Of a stretch of DNA of 64,000 nt, positions 60,301 to 64,000 are shown in pieces. Origin of the DNA: Felis catus (taxonomy: Eukaryota). The position numbers were made by a program, and so were the translations under genes. The first letter of the stretch is position 1. Every line of letters starts with the position of its first letter. The notes under the pieces are model-generated. The model saw nothing but the letters and a program-made list of their open reading frames with translations. It was not told where the DNA came from and searched no databases. The stretch is taken from NCBI RefSeq assembly GCF_018350175.1, contig NC_058368.1, positions 8,370,001 through 8,434,000 on the forward strand. Reading direction: 5' to 3'.

Positions 60301-62659
60301 GGGCATTCTCTGAGGTCTGTCCCTAACCTCTTCTCTCACACCACTCCCTCTCAGGGCTGTCTGTCATCTGGGCCCTTATTTCCACCTTCTTCCTTCCCTC
60401 ATCACCTCCAGACTTCCTCACCAGGTAGCTCTACCCATGTGTGAAAGGCATGAGTAACTTACATGTGCCAAACTATGTGAAGTGTCTGCTCAGGGACCGC
60501 ATATGTACTTGGGGATCTGCTTATCTTCATGTTTTTCTCCTTGTCCCTACACACCTTTCCACCCTCTCTTTCCTATCAAAACACAGCTTAGGTGCTCCTC
60601 TTCTGCAAAACCTTCCCTGCCCGTATATCCTTACCTGTCATCCGTGGCAGAACGGATTAATCCTGTGACCCTACAGAACACTGCCCATTCTTCTGTTAAC
60701 ATTGTTGGTCTGTACTATTGACCATTGCATGTTTGTGCTCTGAGTGGATCGAGTCTTTCTAAAGCTTAAATCCCTGTGCCTTGCGTGATATTTGGGCTTA
60801 TAACTGTACTAAATAACTTTTATGAGCAATACAAAAATAGATATTGCAACACTGATGAAAAGGCTCTAAATAGGACAATGAAAGTGGGAAGGCAAGAGTA
60901 GCGTCTGATACAGAACGAGGGCATGTCAGATGAAGAAAAGCATCTATCTGATTTCCCCTTTGGCATCGTAATCAGAAATGCTGTCGACCGTTATTCTGGT
61001 TGGAGGCCCTGCACAGTTCTCATGAAAACTGAAAAGCAAGAGATATTGCGAGAGAGAATTGGTCCCTTGAGATACTACAATCAACCTTTGCGTCCCATCC
61101 TTTGCTTTTAAGATTGCATTGTCAATGTCTAGGGCAAAGGGTAAGGGATAAACCACATTATTTGAAAAGATTGATTAAAGAAAAAGAAATAAAATTGTAT
61201 GCTAAATTGACCTCCTCCCCCCCCCCCCACCAAGAAAAAAAGTAATTGTGAAGTCCGATACCCAAGAATCCACTTGGAAGTAATTAGTGTTTACCAAGGG
61301 TGCTTCGTATAATCCATGTATTTTAATTTCTTTTTAATTCTTTGTGATGATGGAGGTGACAGGCTCATTGTTCACTTGTTCTCAGCTCTTCCCAGGAGGG
61401 TAGCTTCTCACATGCTCCCCATTCTGTGACAGGCTTCAGAAAAACCAGAAAGGATTTCGTGATGGTAGCGTTCCATTCAAGGGGGGGGAAACGTGGCATT
61501 TAGGGGTTCCCTTGACTTGCACAGATGATTGAATTAAGACATGCATTGCCTGCCCTGGAGAACTTAGACTCATTTGCACAGTGGCATTTTCTCCTAGCGT
61601 TGTGCTAGCATTGGGCTTGCAGGTACATGCTCATTATTTCTGACTTTCTAATTATAACTAAATCATCACAGATTTGGGGGAGCTGCCTAGTTATTAGGTA
61701 ATTACTCTCACTGTGTTGTAGGGCGTCTGAAGTTGTAATAAAGCCGAAGTGTGCAATGAGTATGGGTGTGTGTTGTTGTCAAGACTTCCACGTTTTTCCT
61801 TTTCCCCCAGTTTATGTGTGTATTGCAACCATGTGTTAAACACAGAACAGTGCTTTGTGCTGCGTGTTGGGATTTGTATTTCAAGACAAAGGGTGTGGGT
61901 TTTTTTGTTTTTGTTTTTTTCTTGAAAAGAAGGGTAGCCATGCCTGGAGAGATGTGGGAAAAAACATCAGACTCAAAAACGCTCTGATTTAGGATTCTCA
62001 GCGTTTCCATAACCAGTAGCAAAATGGACCATAGCCTCAAGGAATAGCAAATGGAAAGTTGGCACGAACACATGAAAATACTCCCTTTAGTGTATGCGTG
62101 TGTTTTCTGCTCTTAAATGGAGTTTGAGCAGGAGAAGGCGTCTATAGTCTGCGTATTGTAGTGGGAGTGGATGAGGTTGGGGGCAGGGGATGCAGGAGGG
62201 TAGGGATGATACTCGACCAGGGTCTTGGCTAAATTTGTCCACACCTGCGTTCCGGTGTTTGGTTCAGAGGACTTAGCAAAAACAGTTTCTGTGCAATGTA
62301 GCAACTTTGTATTTATTAGACTATAAAGCATCCTAGCGTCCCTGGAACAGCGTCCGTTTTGGCCATGCAGCTTCGCTCCTAGTGATTTATACTCTGTAAC
62401 CACCCAATGGCCTAAATTATAGGAGCTCTTAGTGGTTATATTGTAATTCTAGAAGATGGATTGGAGGAGACCTTACTGATACATCTAGACAAGTATATTT
62501 CAGACATCAGCGATGAGACTGTATTCATGATTTTTGCTCTCTCTGCTATATCTGAGAACGACTTGACTATTAGTTACTTACTAGCTTTTCTGCAGATTAA
62601 ATCCTATGTTTGGCTTAGCTTCATCCTAAGCATAAATATCTCGATTTGATGATGTTGCT

Positions 62660-62865
62660 GCTTGGACTCTGGCAGCCAGATTGCCCGGGTTCTGATTCTG
62701 GTCATAGTGACCCGGAGCAGGATGCAAATCTCTCTGTTTTTCTGTTTCCCAAGGGCAAAATGGAGACAATAATATTATTGGTCTTAAACGGTTTTTAGGA
62801 AGAGTCCGTGGGAAAAAAAAAAGAGTGAAAAGCAGTTATAATAGTACCTTGCACGTAAGCGCACG
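62660..62865 (+). mobile_element. MIR
   Basis: ggactctggcagccagattgcccgggttc...ctctgtttttctgtttccc...aaaatggagacaataa...atagtaccttgcacgtaagc. Confidence 0.7.
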
Positions 62866-64000
62866 CAGCGTATGTCTCTTTATGATGTGTTTTGGTAACA
62901 ACCATGAAAATACTTATTTAAAAAATCGCTTTTATGCCAGTTAAGGTTAGATCACATTCTACTAACAGGGGTGGGGGGTGGGGGGTAGGTGTTTTGCTTT
63001 GAGAAGCACTGATCTTGTCATCTGGTCTCCTACATTTTTTGTGCTTGATTCTCTCCCTCGTGACCCTGGACTGAGGCCACAGGGGAAATCCACCCCATCT
63101 TCGCGAGCCACGATTGTTGGAACATCCCGCCTCCACGGGGCCCCCGAGCTTCCTCCCGTCTCTTCCAGTTTGCCCGTTGACATCACAGAAGCCACCTCTG
63201 ACCTCTCTTCTCCATTATAGTCTCTTGCATAATCGAAGGAAGCCGCCCCATCTCTCGGAGTCTTCTCATTTTCATCCCTATAAAGTGTGAGCTTTTCCTC
63301 TGAACCAGCCCCGTGCTATCCCTTTACCTGGAAAGACGCTGTGGGAGAAGAGATTTGTCCTAGGACACATGGCACACATTTTGCTGTTACTAATTAGTGT
63401 TCGTAAATTCTGCAAGCACCTGGAGCCTGGAAGCCTCCAGTGTCTCATCAGATGCCAAAGTTGCAGGTGAGAAGGGGATAGAGCCAATATTTCCATTAAG
63501 AGGCAGACACGGGAGTTTAAAGAGATCTTGGAGAACTGTGCATGCGGTTGCCTCTGTGAAAGGGAACTGAGAGGCAGGTCAACTTTTTATTGTACACTCT
63601 CTTGTCTCTCAAGTTTTATAGAGTACAGCGTGTTACCTATTAAAAAACTCTGCCTGCACGTACAGAAGAGCAGAATCATAGGCTGTTGGCACTGGAAGGT
63701 ATCTTTAAATGTGTATATATGAACTCATATAACATAATATGAGTTTTTGTAAATGCCAAGCTCCTGACTAAGGGAATGAAAAGGTAATCAGGGCAGGAAG
63801 TACAAGTAACAACAAAAGCTCATCTCTGGCAGGTACCCTCCCTCAGCCGTCTGCGTACCCCATTTGGTCTGGTGGATTCTTACTTTTTCTCTAAGATCCA
63901 GGTCAGGTGTTATTTTCCCTGGAAAACCTTTCTTAGCTGCTAACTCTCTCCACCAGGTTGGAGCCAGGGTCTCCCTTCCTCTTCCCTGAACGTCCTGTAC

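Overview
Mammalian (felid, almost certainly cat-lineage) genomic DNA. The evidence is about 23 tRNA-derived Can-SINEs of SINEC_Fc type and a full-length felid-type L1. There is no recognisable protein-coding exon, RNA gene, CRISPR array or prokaryotic system. The window reads like a long intron, probably of a + strand gene (most large L1s are antisense and the consensus splice donors I noticed are on +), but I cannot name the gene. All long ORFs in the track come from L1 remnants, SINEs, microsatellites or a GC-rich minisatellite. I found no convincing new biological system. The notable observations concern genome mechanics: (1) a full-length L1 (20058-25975, -) apparently carrying a ~1 kb 3' transduction, with the whole 7 kb bounded by a perfect 17-bp TSD; (2) a SINE flanked by a ~120-bp target-site-like duplication; (3) a ~200-bp inverted DNA-level duplication of a SINE plus its unique flank; (4) a 1.6-kb minisatellite with three nested higher-order periods; (5) a CpG-rich candidate alternative first exon (44238-44485) and a frame-compatible 51-nt candidate exon; (6) a diverged ~110-bp local duplicate and several small motif clusters. 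Repeat family names and most boundaries of old repeats were judged by eye and are approximate.
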